From assembly GCA_016650015.1 (NCBI GenBank), contig JAENWV010000001.1:1-40324 (forward strand): a stretch of DNA of 40,324 nt. The letters run 5' to 3'. Every line of letters begins with the position of its first letter. Positions within the stretch are counted from its first letter, which is position 1. The notes under the pieces are model-generated. The model saw only the letters and a list, made by a program, of their open reading frames with translations. It did no database searches and was not told the DNA's origin. Shown here piece by piece: positions 1-8,945 of this stretch. The position numbers and the translations under genes were made by a program. The stretch comes from Thermoleophilia bacterium. GTDB lineage: Bacteria; Actinomycetota; Thermoleophilia; BMS3ABIN01.

Positions 1-120
1 TACGCCTGTTATGATGCCATTCGCTGCCAAAGGGTTCATCCGGGGAAACCAGAGCCATAAATGCTATATTTACACAAGGACCTGACAACGAATCCTTTAA
101 GGTGGATATTAGTCTAACAA

Positions 121-726
121 ATGAAACATACAGTTCCCACCGATAACGAGTTGATCGAAGAGATAAAGGGAGGCAGGGCGGAAGCCTTGGAAGCCCTGGT
201 GTCCCGGTATGAGAACAAGGTTTACAGCCTTGCTTACAGAATGATGGGAAGCAGGGAGGATGCCGAGGATGTCCTCCAGGACACCTTTCTAAATGTTGTC
301 CGGTCTCTGGACGGTTTCAGGAGCCAGGCCAGCTTTTCTACCTGGCTGTACCGTGTAGCTACCAACGCAGCGTTGACGCGTCTGAGAAAGAAAAACAAGC
401 GGGAAAAAGGAGAGGGTGAATTCATCGAGGAAGTATACTCGGTGAGAGATGCAGCCCATTCACAGTCGAAGCTGGTCGACTGGTCTGACGGACCTGCTGA
501 GAAACTGCTAAATGAAGAGGCGCAAAAGATAATGGATGAGGCTGTTAATGAGCTCCCCGAAATCTACAGGGTGGTTTTTGTGTTACGCGATGTTGAAGGT
601 TTGCCGGCATCAGAAGTCGCAGAAGTGCTGGATCTCTCAATACCAGCCGTTAAGTCACGACTTCATAGAGCGCGGCTGTACCTGAGAAAAAGGCTGTCGG
701 ATTACTTTACTGGAGGAATCAGCTGA
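121..726 (+). CDS. ECF-type sigma-70 family RNA polymerase sigma factor (SigR/SigH-like)
   Basis: 201-aa ORF with an ATG start. Region 2 (DAEDVLQDTFLNVVRS, FSTWLYRVATNAAL) and region 4 HTH (LPASEVAEVLDLSIPAVKSRLHRAR) are present. An anti-sigma ORF follows after 2 nt. Confidence 0.9.
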   Translation: MKHTVPTDNELIEEIKGGRAEALEALVSRYENKVYSLAYRMMGSREDAEDVLQDTFLNVVRSLDGFRSQASFSTWLYRVATNAALTRLRKKNKREKGEGEFIEEVYSVRDAAHSQSKLVDWSDGPAEKLLNEEAQKIMDEAVNELPEIYRVVFVLRDVEGLPASEVAEVLDLSIPAVKSRLHRARLYLRKRLSDYFTGGIS

Positions 727-728
727 TC

Positions 729-962
729 ATGGACTGCCGGGAGATACTCGAAGGCCTTTCTGAATACATCGATGAAGAGCTCGCCGACCGGACATGCCGG
801 GAGATAGAGAGTCACCTCAAACATTGTTACAACTGCCGGGTAGTAGTGAATACCCTGCGCCGGACAGTGACTCTTTACCATGAAGCTCCGCAACATGAAG
901 TGCCCGGAGATGTGAGAATGCGCCTGCATAAGGTAATCAGGCTGCGAGAAGAGTCTGACTAG
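729..962 (+). CDS. ZAS-family zinc-binding anti-sigma factor, small soluble RsrA-like
   Basis: 77-aa ORF with the H-x3-C-x2-C motif (H29 LKH C33 YN C36) plus upstream Cys3 and Cys23. There is no hydrophobic TM segment. It sits immediately downstream of the ECF sigma gene. Confidence 0.8.
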   Translation: MDCREILEGLSEYIDEELADRTCREIESHLKHCYNCRVVVNTLRRTVTLYHEAPQHEVPGDVRMRLHKVIRLREESD

Positions 963-2257
963 GTCTTTTCCCATTTTTGCAGGTAGGCCACCTGGCTTAG
1001 GGTACTGCCGTCCTGAATCTCTTTTCTTAAACGGTTCTCCCGCTCAAGTACATCCATGGCCCGATTTGCTACTTCGGCCGCCCTCGCTTTGGGTATCACC
1101 ACAACACCATCATCATCTCCAACCAGCCAGTCACCGGGGTTAATCCTGACTCTCGAAATCGTGACCGGCACATCGATTTCCCCGAAACCTTTGGGCTCAC
1201 CCGCAGTCGGAGTGAACTCGGATGCGAAAACCGGAAATTTCAGCTCGCTGATCTCAGGGGTGTCGCGTACCGCGCCGTAGACAATCACTCCGGCAAGCCC
1301 TCGCTCACGAGCGCTGTGTGTGGCGAGCTCACCCCAGACAGCGGGACCCACGCCGCCGGCATCAACCACGAGCACATCGCCTTTATTCGCCCGATCGATA
1401 GCTTCTACTGGCTTGGCCCAGTCTCCCGGGTAGGTACGAACAGTTACCGCGGGACCCGCCAGCCTGATGTTGGAAAACACGGGCCGTAGACCGGCAAGCT
1501 CACCTTTGCGATGCATGGCATCGGAGATGTTGGCGGTGGATACCTGTTCAAGGACAGGGAGAATATCAGTAGTGCTCGCACGTTTGTATAGTGTGGTCCT
1601 CACAGCTTTCCGAGAATCCATTGCCTGCCGTATCTGCCTGGCTGCCTCCTCGGCATTGACAGCCTTGATGATCGCACCGCCGACGACAATGATGTCAGCT
1701 CCCGCCGCCGCAGCCTCGGCTGCGGTCTCTGAATTTATTCCACCGGCGACCGAAACAGGAATGCTTACAGCATCCTTTACCCGACGAATCAGATCCAGAG
1801 AAGCCTTCCCCTGCATCTGCTGGTCGATTGCAGTATGTATGCCCACATAATCGGCGCCCATAGCCTCAACCTGCCTGGCACGCTCCGCGGGATCCGGGAC
1901 CTCGATCATGTCCACAATGATTTGAAGACCATAATTTCGCGCAACTTCGATACACTCAGCGATTGTCGCGTCGGAAGCCGCACCTAGCACTCCGGCAACG
2001 CGAGCACCGGCTTTGGCCGCCGACTCCATCTCAAACCGGCCGGCGTCCATGGTTTTAAGGTCAGCGACAATCACGCGATCGGGCCAACGTCTCTTCATCT
2101 CGCGCACAACCTCGAGCCCCTCACTCTTGATAAGTGGAGTGCCTGCCTCGATCCAGTCAACGCCACCTCTTAACGCTTCCTCGGCGACAGCCAGTGCCCT
2201 GGGAAGATCCAGGAAGTCCAGGGCGAGCTGCAGGATTGGAGAACCGGTGAGCGGCAT
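959..2257 (-). CDS. Fusion protein: 3-hexulose-6-phosphate synthase-like (OMP-decarboxylase/HUMPS fold) N-domain + RraA-like (aldolase/ribonuclease-regulator fold) C-domain
   Basis: 432-aa ORF. The N-half (LQLALDF, IEAGTPLIKSEG, ADLKTMDAG, SVAGGI, IIVVGGAI) looks like HPS/KGPDC. The C-half (ANISDAMHRKG, GELATHSARERGLAGVIVYGAVRD, GDWLVGDDDGVVVIP) looks like the RraA family. Its ATG lies 3 nt after the upstream gene's stop. Confidence 0.8.
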   Translation of the reverse strand: MPLTGSPILQLALDFLDLPRALAVAEEALRGGVDWIEAGTPLIKSEGLEVVREMKRRWPDRVIVADLKTMDAGRFEMESAAKAGARVAGVLGAASDATIAECIEVARNYGLQIIVDMIEVPDPAERARQVEAMGADYVGIHTAIDQQMQGKASLDLIRRVKDAVSIPVSVAGGINSETAAEAAAAGADIIVVGGAIIKAVNAEEAARQIRQAMDSRKAVRTTLYKRASTTDILPVLEQVSTANISDAMHRKGELAGLRPVFSNIRLAGPAVTVRTYPGDWAKPVEAIDRANKGDVLVVDAGGVGPAVWGELATHSARERGLAGVIVYGAVRDTPEISELKFPVFASEFTPTAGEPKGFGEIDVPVTISRVRINPGDWLVGDDDGVVVIPKARAAEVANRAMDVLERENRLRKEIQDGSTLSQVAYLQKWEKT

Positions 2258-2260
2258 ATT

Positions 2261-2719
2261 TCAAACGCCGATCATCTGAACGACAACCCGTCGGGTGCGT
2301 CGGCGATTGTCGCAATTAATCAGCACGACCTGTTGCCAGACGCCAAGTGTCAGTTCACCTTCGATGAAAGGGACGACCAGCGACGGGCCAAGAAGTCCGG
2401 CTCGAACATGAGCGTGGCCATTGCCATCAGCCTGGTATATGTTGTGATCGTAATCCATATCGCGTGGCGCGATACGCTCCATGGCCGCCTTGAAATCGGC
2501 GACTACACCGGGTTCAAATTCCAGACAGGTTACGGCGCCAGTCGCACCCGGCACAAATACCGTGGCTGTACCGTTTTCCATTCCGCTGCCCTTCACCGCC
2601 CGGGCGATTTCTTCGGTTATGTTGATTATGTCGAGCTCCTCGAGCATGGGAAATTCAAGCTCCTTACTGTAAACCCGAGGTGCAATGGTATTTTGCGGTG
2701 ATTCCTTTTTCGGGGACAT
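2261..2719 (-). CDS. YjbQ/UPF0047 family protein (secondary thiamine-phosphate synthase family)
   Basis: 152-aa ORF with family-typical segments (DIINITEEIARAV, GNGHAHVRAGLLGPS, GELTLGVWQQVVLI). Confidence 0.8.
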   Translation of the reverse strand: MSPKKESPQNTIAPRVYSKELEFPMLEELDIINITEEIARAVKGSGMENGTATVFVPGATGAVTCLEFEPGVVADFKAAMERIAPRDMDYDHNIYQADGNGHAHVRAGLLGPSLVVPFIEGELTLGVWQQVVLINCDNRRRTRRVVVQMIGV

Positions 2720-2782
2720 ACGGATTTAATCTCCCTTCGGATGCTTGTCTTGATGAGCTGTGGACTTTACCGAATCTGCGGC

Positions 2783-3142
2783 TTATTCCGGACCATTCAT
2801 GCGGACTATCCGGTTTTCCTCATTCACAAGAACTATCCGGGGTTCATGGTCAGGCCACTCGTTGGGAACCAGGCTACCATAGGAAATAATTATTACAGTA
2901 TCACCGATGTTTATTTTTCTGGCAGCTGCGCCGTTTACGCATACTTCGCCCGCATCGCCTGGAATCGCATAGGTAACCAGGCGTGCACCATTGTCGATAT
3001 CGAGCACGTGGACCTGCTCATGAGTAAAAATGTCAGCAGCTTTCATCAGCTCCCGGTCAATGGTGATACTTCCCTCGTAATCGATACTGGCCGCTGTTAC
3101 GGTAGCCCGGTGAATCTTGCTCTTCAGCATTATCCTGCGCAC
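2783..3142 (-). CDS. panD: Aspartate 1-decarboxylase
   Basis: MLKSKIHRATVT...DYEGSITID (Gly-Ser self-processing site). I chose the GTG at 3142, which gives (M)RRIMLKSK, the usual N-terminal length, 4 nt after GAGGAGG. The ORF track extends to 3163. Confidence 0.9.
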   Translation of the reverse strand: MRRIMLKSKIHRATVTAASIDYEGSITIDRELMKAADIFTHEQVHVLDIDNGARLVTYAIPGDAGEVCVNGAAARKINIGDTVIIISYGSLVPNEWPDHEPRIVLVNEENRIVRMNGPE

Positions 3143-3152
3143 TGTTCCTCCT

Positions 3153-3992
3153 CTAAGGTACAATCATTAAATTATCGATAAGTCGCGCCTTGCCGACCGT
3201 GGCTGCGACTGCCGCCAGCGCTTCGCGGTCGAGGACCGCGACCGGCTCCATGGTTCCAGGATCGACTATACGGGCGTATTCGAATTCCACAAGATAATTC
3301 TGGCCTATTGCCCTGCGCATCAAGCGACGGATTTTGGATGCATCACGCTCGCCATGGGCAACAGCTTCCCTTGCAGCCAGAAGAGCCTGGTGGAGGACCG
3401 GAGCCTGGGCGCGTTCCTCGGCAGTCAGATATGCGTTTCTCGAACTCATCGCCAGGCCATCGGATTCGCGTACTATTGGGCAAACGCGGATATCGATGTC
3501 ATAATTGAGATCTTTCACCATTCGCCTGATTACTGCGGCCTGCTGAGCATCCTTCTGGCCAAAATATGCCCGATCAGGATTGATAATGTTAAACAGCTTG
3601 GCGACGATGGTGACTACTCCGCGAAAATGCCCAGGCCTGCCCTGACCACAGAGAGCATCACTGATATGGCCCGGATCGATGTAGGTATCGAAGCCCTTCG
3701 GGTACATCTCGGCCGGATCTGGCGTAAAAACCAGGTCTACATTTTCCCTGCCCGCCAACTCAAGATCGCTGGCAAGATCACGTGGATAGGCTTCCAGATC
3801 CTCAGTCGGGGCAAACTGTGCTGGATTCACAAATATGCTTACTACCACCAAGCCACAATCCTGTCTGGCGGTGCGCATCAGGCTCAGGTGGCCCTCGTGA
3901 AAGAAGCCCATGGTGGGAACAAGGGCGACCGTCTTCCCAGCCTGCCTTCTGTATTCATCTAACCGGCTTTTGACCTTGGAAATTGTCTTCAT
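3153..3992 (-). CDS. panC: Pantoate--beta-alanine ligase
   Basis: VALVPTMGFFHEGHLSLMR (HxGH motif) and FGQKDAQQ. The ATG at 3992 gives MKTISKVKSRL and a typical length. The ORF stays open to a TTG at 4058, so the start is uncertain. Confidence 0.9.
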   Translation of the reverse strand: MKTISKVKSRLDEYRRQAGKTVALVPTMGFFHEGHLSLMRTARQDCGLVVVSIFVNPAQFAPTEDLEAYPRDLASDLELAGRENVDLVFTPDPAEMYPKGFDTYIDPGHISDALCGQGRPGHFRGVVTIVAKLFNIINPDRAYFGQKDAQQAAVIRRMVKDLNYDIDIRVCPIVRESDGLAMSSRNAYLTAEERAQAPVLHQALLAAREAVAHGERDASKIRRLMRRAIGQNYLVEFEYARIVDPGTMEPVAVLDREALAAVAATVGKARLIDNLMIVP

Positions 3993-4227
3993 AACGTCGG
4001 TCACTGCGGCCCCTTCATTTCCCTGTTTCGGAAATCGAGGCGACGTGACAGTTATCAAGATCGTCCTTACGTGGAGAGAAACACAGAAAAATGGAGAAAC
4101 CGGGCAGATGATTTGCTTGGCTGTAAATCACAGTCTTCCTCCGTTCCAGTTCCCGGTTGCGGGATACCAGACCTTGGCTGATTGTTATCATTCTTTCAGG
4201 AAGAGAATAGCAGGAGGCTGCGGTTTC

Positions 4228-4256
4228 TTGCAAAGAACTGATGTATAAACTAGAGT
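4228..4256 (+). promoter_or_regulatory. Candidate sigma-70-type promoter for the fmdB-like/udg/tsa gene string
   Basis: TTGCAA (4228-4233), a 17-nt spacer, then TAGAGT (4251-4256), about 60 nt upstream of the GTG at 4319. Pattern match only. Confidence 0.3.
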
Positions 4257-4318
4257 TTAACTTGTGGGGCTATCGCTCTCCGCTATGAGATATTTCCTAT
4301 TATTGCAGGTATTTTATC

Positions 4319-4555
4319 GTGCCTATTTATGAATATTGTTGTGAGAAATGCCAGACCAGGTTTGAAGAGCTGGTCCGGTCCAGTGACCTGGATGACCCAG
4401 GCCTGAAGTGCCCTGAATGCGGCTCAAAGAAGGTCGGCCGCCTGCTATCGAGCTTCTCATTCAAGGCACCGGGTGCCTCCGGACCCGCTGCCGCTGGCAG
4501 TTCAGGCAAGAACTGCGGTCCCTGCACAAAAACTTCCTGCTCAAACTGTGGCTAG
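4319..4555 (+). CDS. FmdB-family zinc-ribbon protein
   Basis: (M)PIYEYCCEKCQTRFEELV...CPECGS is the classic CxxC...CxxC FmdB N-terminus. It has a GTG start and a Gly/Ser/Cys-rich tail. Confidence 0.8.
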   Translation: MPIYEYCCEKCQTRFEELVRSSDLDDPGLKCPECGSKKVGRLLSSFSFKAPGASGPAAAGSSGKNCGPCTKTSCSNCG

Positions 4556-5225
4556 TCTGTCCAAAAGGGAAAAAGGATTGATCGAGCTTCGCAGGCGCGT
4601 GAAGAGCTGCAGACAATGCCAGCTTGGCGAGACGCGAACCAACGTGGTTTTCGGTTCCGGAAGTCCCGAATCCCGTCTTATGTTCGTTGGTGAGGCGCCA
4701 GGGTACCACGAAGACCAGCAGGGAATACCTTTCGTCGGACAGGCTGGAAAACTACTGGAAAAGATGCTGGCGCGAATCGGACTCAGCCGCGAAGAAGTAT
4801 ACATCGCAAATGTTCTAAAATGCCGGCCTCCGGATAACCGCGATCCCCAAACTGCGGAGATCGAGCTTTGCCGTGTTTTTCTCGAGGAGCAGATTTCGAT
4901 CATAGAACCGCTGGTAGTCTGTTCTCTGGGCAACTTTGCGACCAAGCTGCTGACCGGTCTGCCGGATGGTATTTCCCGTGTCCATGGGAATCCACAGGAA
5001 ATGCCTGGTCACAGTGGTATGAAACTATTTCCCGTCTATCACCCCGCTGCAGCTCTTTATACACCTTCCAACCTCAGATCCCTGGAGGCGGATTTCGATA
5101 AACTGCCCGCCTTGCTTGGTCTGTCGCAGACTCAAGCTCTGGTTGAGACTGGTAATGTAAAGTCTGATGCATCGGTCGAGATAAACGGGGGTAAACCTGA
5201 GCCTGAGCAGCTCGGTTTGTTCTAA
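4548..5225 (+). CDS. Uracil-DNA glycosylase, family 4 (Fe-S type)
   Basis: CRQCQL...VFGSGSPESRLMFVGEAPGYHEDQQGIPFVGQAGKLL, KCRPP and VYHPAAAL. The ORF is open from 4473 but overlaps the FmdB-like gene. Likely starts are the GTG at 4548 or the TTG at 4578 (the latter preceded by AGGGA). Confidence 0.85.
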   Translation: MASLSKREKGLIELRRRVKSCRQCQLGETRTNVVFGSGSPESRLMFVGEAPGYHEDQQGIPFVGQAGKLLEKMLARIGLSREEVYIANVLKCRPPDNRDPQTAEIELCRVFLEEQISIIEPLVVCSLGNFATKLLTGLPDGISRVHGNPQEMPGHSGMKLFPVYHPAAALYTPSNLRSLEADFDKLPALLGLSQTQALVETGNVKSDASVEINGGKPEPEQLGLF

Positions 5226-5239
5226 TACGGTAGGTATCG

Positions 5240-5704
5240 TTGGAATTCGTTTCACGTTCAGAAGAACAGACGGCAGTTCTCGCTGCTGGCATTGCGAAGC
5301 TGTTGAAGCCCGGTGATGTTATATTTCTGGCTGGTCAGCTGGGAACAGGCAAAACCTGCTTTATCCGATATGCCAGCGTCAGCCTGGGGGTCCGCGAACC
5401 GGTTACAAGCCCCAGTTTCACGATGGCTCAGACCTACTCCGGAAAAATCACCGTGCATCATCTCGATCTTTATCGTTTATCGGATTTTACAGCTGAGGAC
5501 GCCATCGACTTCGAACCCTATTTCGAAGCAGAGACGATTACATTCGTAGAATGGCCGGAACAGGCGGAGCCTTTTATTCAGCGACCGGCGATGGTAATCA
5601 AAATGGAACATGTTGACATAAACAGCCGGCGGATTTCCATTGTCAGTGAAAGGGATGACTTGAGACAGAAACTGGAGCGGCTTTTTGCCAGCGCTGGCCA
5701 TTGA
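5240..5704 (+). CDS. tsaE: tRNA t6A37 biosynthesis ATPase TsaE
   Basis: P-loop GQLGTGKT followed by SPSFT...HHLDLYRL. TTG start. It is first in the tsaE-tsaB-rimI-tsaD order. Confidence 0.9.
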   Translation: MEFVSRSEEQTAVLAAGIAKLLKPGDVIFLAGQLGTGKTCFIRYASVSLGVREPVTSPSFTMAQTYSGKITVHHLDLYRLSDFTAEDAIDFEPYFEAETITFVEWPEQAEPFIQRPAMVIKMEHVDINSRRISIVSERDDLRQKLERLFASAGH

Positions 5705-6419
5705 CACAGCTACTGAGGTAGCTGCCATAGCCCTGGGCGATAGAGACACGCTGCTGGCTGAGAGCAGGATTAGTGCCGGCCGATCTCATCTGGAGCTGCT
5801 ATTGCCCGCAGTTCATGAACTGCTCAACCATAACAACCTGGCTATCCAGGATGTGAGCGCTGTTGTCGCCGGTACCGGGCCCGGTACCTTTAGCGGGCTC
5901 CGGGTCGGCATCTCAACTGCCCGGGCGCTGGCACAGGCGCTCAAGGTTCCTTTGTATGGATTCGGAACACTCGAGGCCCTGGCGCTCGGGCTTCTGAGAA
6001 GCAAGCGCGGCAGTAACGATTGTTTAGTCCTTCCAGTTATTGATGCCAGAAGGGGTCAGGTTTTTGCGAGGCTATACAGAAAAGAAGGAGAAAGCGCAGT
6101 AGTGCCCGAATCCGATGTTCTCTGCCTTGACCCTGCCGACCTTTTGAAACAAATTTCCGGGTTTGCGAACGGAAAAGTAATAACTGGAGGTAATGGCGCC
6201 CTTGCATACAGGAAAATTTTGCAGACGTCCAGACAACTTGATCTGCTGGATTCCGATGATTCCGGGAACCAGGTGTGCGCGGTCTGGCATTTGCGGGCCG
6301 TAAATATCGAAAACGGCTATGATGAAAGTCAAATGCTTTCAATCGTTCCAGAATATGTTCGTGAACCCGACGCCGATAAAACCGTCCTGCTGCGAATGCG
6401 AGAGCCATGGCTGAAATAA
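5685..6419 (+). CDS. tsaB: tRNA t6A37 biosynthesis protein TsaB (YeaZ)
   Basis: LAIDTATEVAAIAL, GPGTFSGLRVGISTARALA. It overlaps tsaE by 20 nt and rimI by 13 nt. Confidence 0.9.
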   Translation: MPALAIDTATEVAAIALGDRDTLLAESRISAGRSHLELLLPAVHELLNHNNLAIQDVSAVVAGTGPGTFSGLRVGISTARALAQALKVPLYGFGTLEALALGLLRSKRGSNDCLVLPVIDARRGQVFARLYRKEGESAVVPESDVLCLDPADLLKQISGFANGKVITGGNGALAYRKILQTSRQLDLLDSDDSGNQVCAVWHLRAVNIENGYDESQMLSIVPEYVREPDADKTVLLRMREPWLK

Positions 6420-6859
6420 GGCCCATGCGTCTTTCAGACCTGAAAATGGTTCTGGAAATCGAGGAAGCATCCTATCCCAGACCATGGTCGCTTAATGCTT
6501 TCATCACTCAACTTGCCAAGGATTCCAGCATCTGTCTGGTTGCGGTTGACGAAGTAACGGTAGTGGGTTACATAATTGCCACCCAGTACGTGGAAGTCTG
6601 GCATATGCTGGACCTGGCAGTGCATGAAGAATACCGCCGCAAGTACATTGCCACAGACCTTATAGAACGGTTGCTAGAGCTCTGTGGCTGCAAGAAACAT
6701 CGTGGATTTACACTGGAAGTCCGAAAGTCCAACCGCAGTGCGATCAAAATGTATGAGAGTTATGGGTTTATCTGTACCGGAATCCGCAAGGGTTATTACC
6801 GCGACAACGGTGAGGATGCCCTGATCATGTGGAAAGATTCTGAGGATATGCTGGCTTGA
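6407..6859 (+). CDS. rimI: Ribosomal-protein-alanine N-acetyltransferase (GNAT)
   Basis: 150-aa GNAT fold (LEIEEASYPRPWS, LEVRKSNRSAIKMYESYGF) in the conserved position between tsaB and tsaD. Confidence 0.85.
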   Translation: MAEIRPMRLSDLKMVLEIEEASYPRPWSLNAFITQLAKDSSICLVAVDEVTVVGYIIATQYVEVWHMLDLAVHEEYRRKYIATDLIERLLELCGCKKHRGFTLEVRKSNRSAIKMYESYGFICTGIRKGYYRDNGEDALIMWKDSEDMLA

Positions 6860-7857
6860 TCCTCGGAATCGAAACATCTTGCGACGACACCTGCGCCGCA
6901 GTCCTTCATGGCAACGAAATTCTGTCCAGCGTCATTTCCTCACAGACTGAATTCCATGCTCTCTATGGCGGGGTGGTCCCGGAAATCGCTTCCCGGCATC
7001 ACCTCGAGCTCGTTAATGCGGTAATAGCTCAGGCAATCGCTAAGGCAGGCGTGGAGCTGAACAGCATTACCAGAATAGCGGTCACCACCAGACCAGGGCT
7101 CATCGGCGCCTTGCTTGTAGGAGTAGCAACCGCCAAATCCATTGCCTACGGCCTCGGTGTGGAACTGGTTGGTGTGAACCACATGGAAGGCCATGTGGCC
7201 GCCAATTATTTGCCACCTGAACCGGTAGAGCCTCCTTTTGTCTGTCTCATCGCTTCTGGTGGCCATACCTCAGTCGTCTTCGTTCCCCAGCGTGGTGAGC
7301 ACAAGCTTTTGGGCCAGACGCTCGATGATGCCGCCGGTGAAGCCCTCGACAAGGGAGCCAGGCTGCTCGGACTGGGGTATCCTGGTGGCGCCGAGCTTGA
7401 CACCCTTGCGGCAGATGGCGCCCCCGGTTATGTAACTTTTCCGGTGGGACTCGATAAACCAGGTCGTCTGGACTTCAGCTTTAGCGGCGTCAAAACAGCC
7501 CTCTATTATTACTTGAGGGATCTTGACCCAAAAATATTTAACGAACATCGTGCAGATATCGCAGCAAGCTACCAGTCTGCCGTGATTACCGCCCTTGTTA
7601 AGAAAACTCTGGCTGCAGCGGCATCCACGAGGTGTGACCAGATTTGTATTGGCGGTGGCGTCAGCGCCAATACTGAACTGCGTCGACTTTTGGCGACAGA
7701 ATGTGAACGGCAGGGAATGCGCCTGCACATACCTCCGCCAACGCTCTGCACCGATAACGCTGCCATGATTGCCAGCGCCGCCCGCTATCTCCCCGCTAAA
7801 CCATTGCCTGATTACCTTTCCCTGGGAGCCACGGCTTCCGGAGGGTTTGCTGCCTGA
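6856..7857 (+). CDS. tsaD: tRNA N6-adenosine threonylcarbamoyltransferase TsaD
   Basis: ILGIETSCDDT, VNHMEGH, SGGHT, GGVSAN. TTG start overlapping the rimI stop. Confidence 0.95.
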   Translation: MILGIETSCDDTCAAVLHGNEILSSVISSQTEFHALYGGVVPEIASRHHLELVNAVIAQAIAKAGVELNSITRIAVTTRPGLIGALLVGVATAKSIAYGLGVELVGVNHMEGHVAANYLPPEPVEPPFVCLIASGGHTSVVFVPQRGEHKLLGQTLDDAAGEALDKGARLLGLGYPGGAELDTLAADGAPGYVTFPVGLDKPGRLDFSFSGVKTALYYYLRDLDPKIFNEHRADIAASYQSAVITALVKKTLAAAASTRCDQICIGGGVSANTELRRLLATECERQGMRLHIPPPTLCTDNAAMIASAARYLPAKPLPDYLSLGATASGGFAA

Positions 7858-7978
7858 AAACCCTGGGTAATAAAAACAAAGTGGGGTTGAGGCAGGGAAT
7901 CAGCTGACCACCTCGTAAATAGTTTAAGCAACACAAGGAAAGCTGCGGTTTTGATGTACAGCCAAAAGGTGATATTTA

Positions 7979-8626
7979 ATGTTTTTTGAAGACCGTAAAG
8001 ATGCCGGTGAACGTCTGGTGGCCATGGTGGAACAATATAAGGGCGCTGCTGATACCCTTGTATTGGGGCTGCCACGGGGTGGCACGGTCGTCGCCCTGCA
8101 GGTAGCCCAGGCACTTGATTTGCCGATGGACGTCTGGGTCAGCCGCAAAATTGGAGCACCGCTCAATCCAGAACTGGCCATCGGCTCGATCGACTCCGAT
8201 GGAAACCTGTTACTGGATGATAATGCCGTCAGGCTCTACGAGGTTAGCGACCGATACATACGCGAGATGGCGGACGAACAGATGAGCGAGGTCAAACGCC
8301 GTTACGAGCGCTACAGGGGCATTGCAGAACCGCCTGATGTTAAGGGAAAGACTGTACTCGTGGTGGATGATGGAGTTGCCACGGGGTTTTCCATGCTGGC
8401 AGCCCTCAAGTCGTTGCGTTCGCGCGGCGCCGAAAAAATCATCTGTGTGGTTCCGGTAGCCTCACCACGAGTCATGCGCAAACTTGAACAGGAAGCTGAC
8501 ATCGTTGAATGTTATTCAACCCCTTCGTATTTCGGTGCCGTAGGAGAGTTCTACCGCAATTTTGAACAGGTATCCGACGAAGAGGTGCTGGCCTGCCTTG
8601 AACAGGCTCGCCAGGGCAACGTCTGA
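7979..8626 (+). CDS. Phosphoribosyltransferase family protein (substrate unknown)
   Basis: FEDRKDAGERL...GLPRGG plus the PRPP-binding loop VLVVDDGVATGFS. Confidence 0.75.
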   Translation: MFFEDRKDAGERLVAMVEQYKGAADTLVLGLPRGGTVVALQVAQALDLPMDVWVSRKIGAPLNPELAIGSIDSDGNLLLDDNAVRLYEVSDRYIREMADEQMSEVKRRYERYRGIAEPPDVKGKTVLVVDDGVATGFSMLAALKSLRSRGAEKIICVVPVASPRVMRKLEQEADIVECYSTPSYFGAVGEFYRNFEQVSDEEVLACLEQARQGNV

Positions 8627-8945
8627 CTTTTCCTGTATCTGCCAGGAAACGACCTGGGGAAAAACCAAATTATTCCCGGCCCTCGCATCCGCGCATTCTT
8701 CTGATAAACATCCCTCCCAAACAGCTGGGCCTGCTTTCTCCACGGCTTGTTCTGTTAGTCCGAATCTAAACACATAAAAATGAGTCAAAATGTCAGTTTC
8801 AACTTTTTCTCACGTAGGCCTGAAGCTTTGCCGAAAGCAGTACCGTAGTCAGTTTTGGACGATTGTAATATACCATCACCAGACAGGCAGATTCATAGAA
8901 ATGCGCGAGGGCTAATAAAGCGCATTACAGATAGGGAGGCACGTA

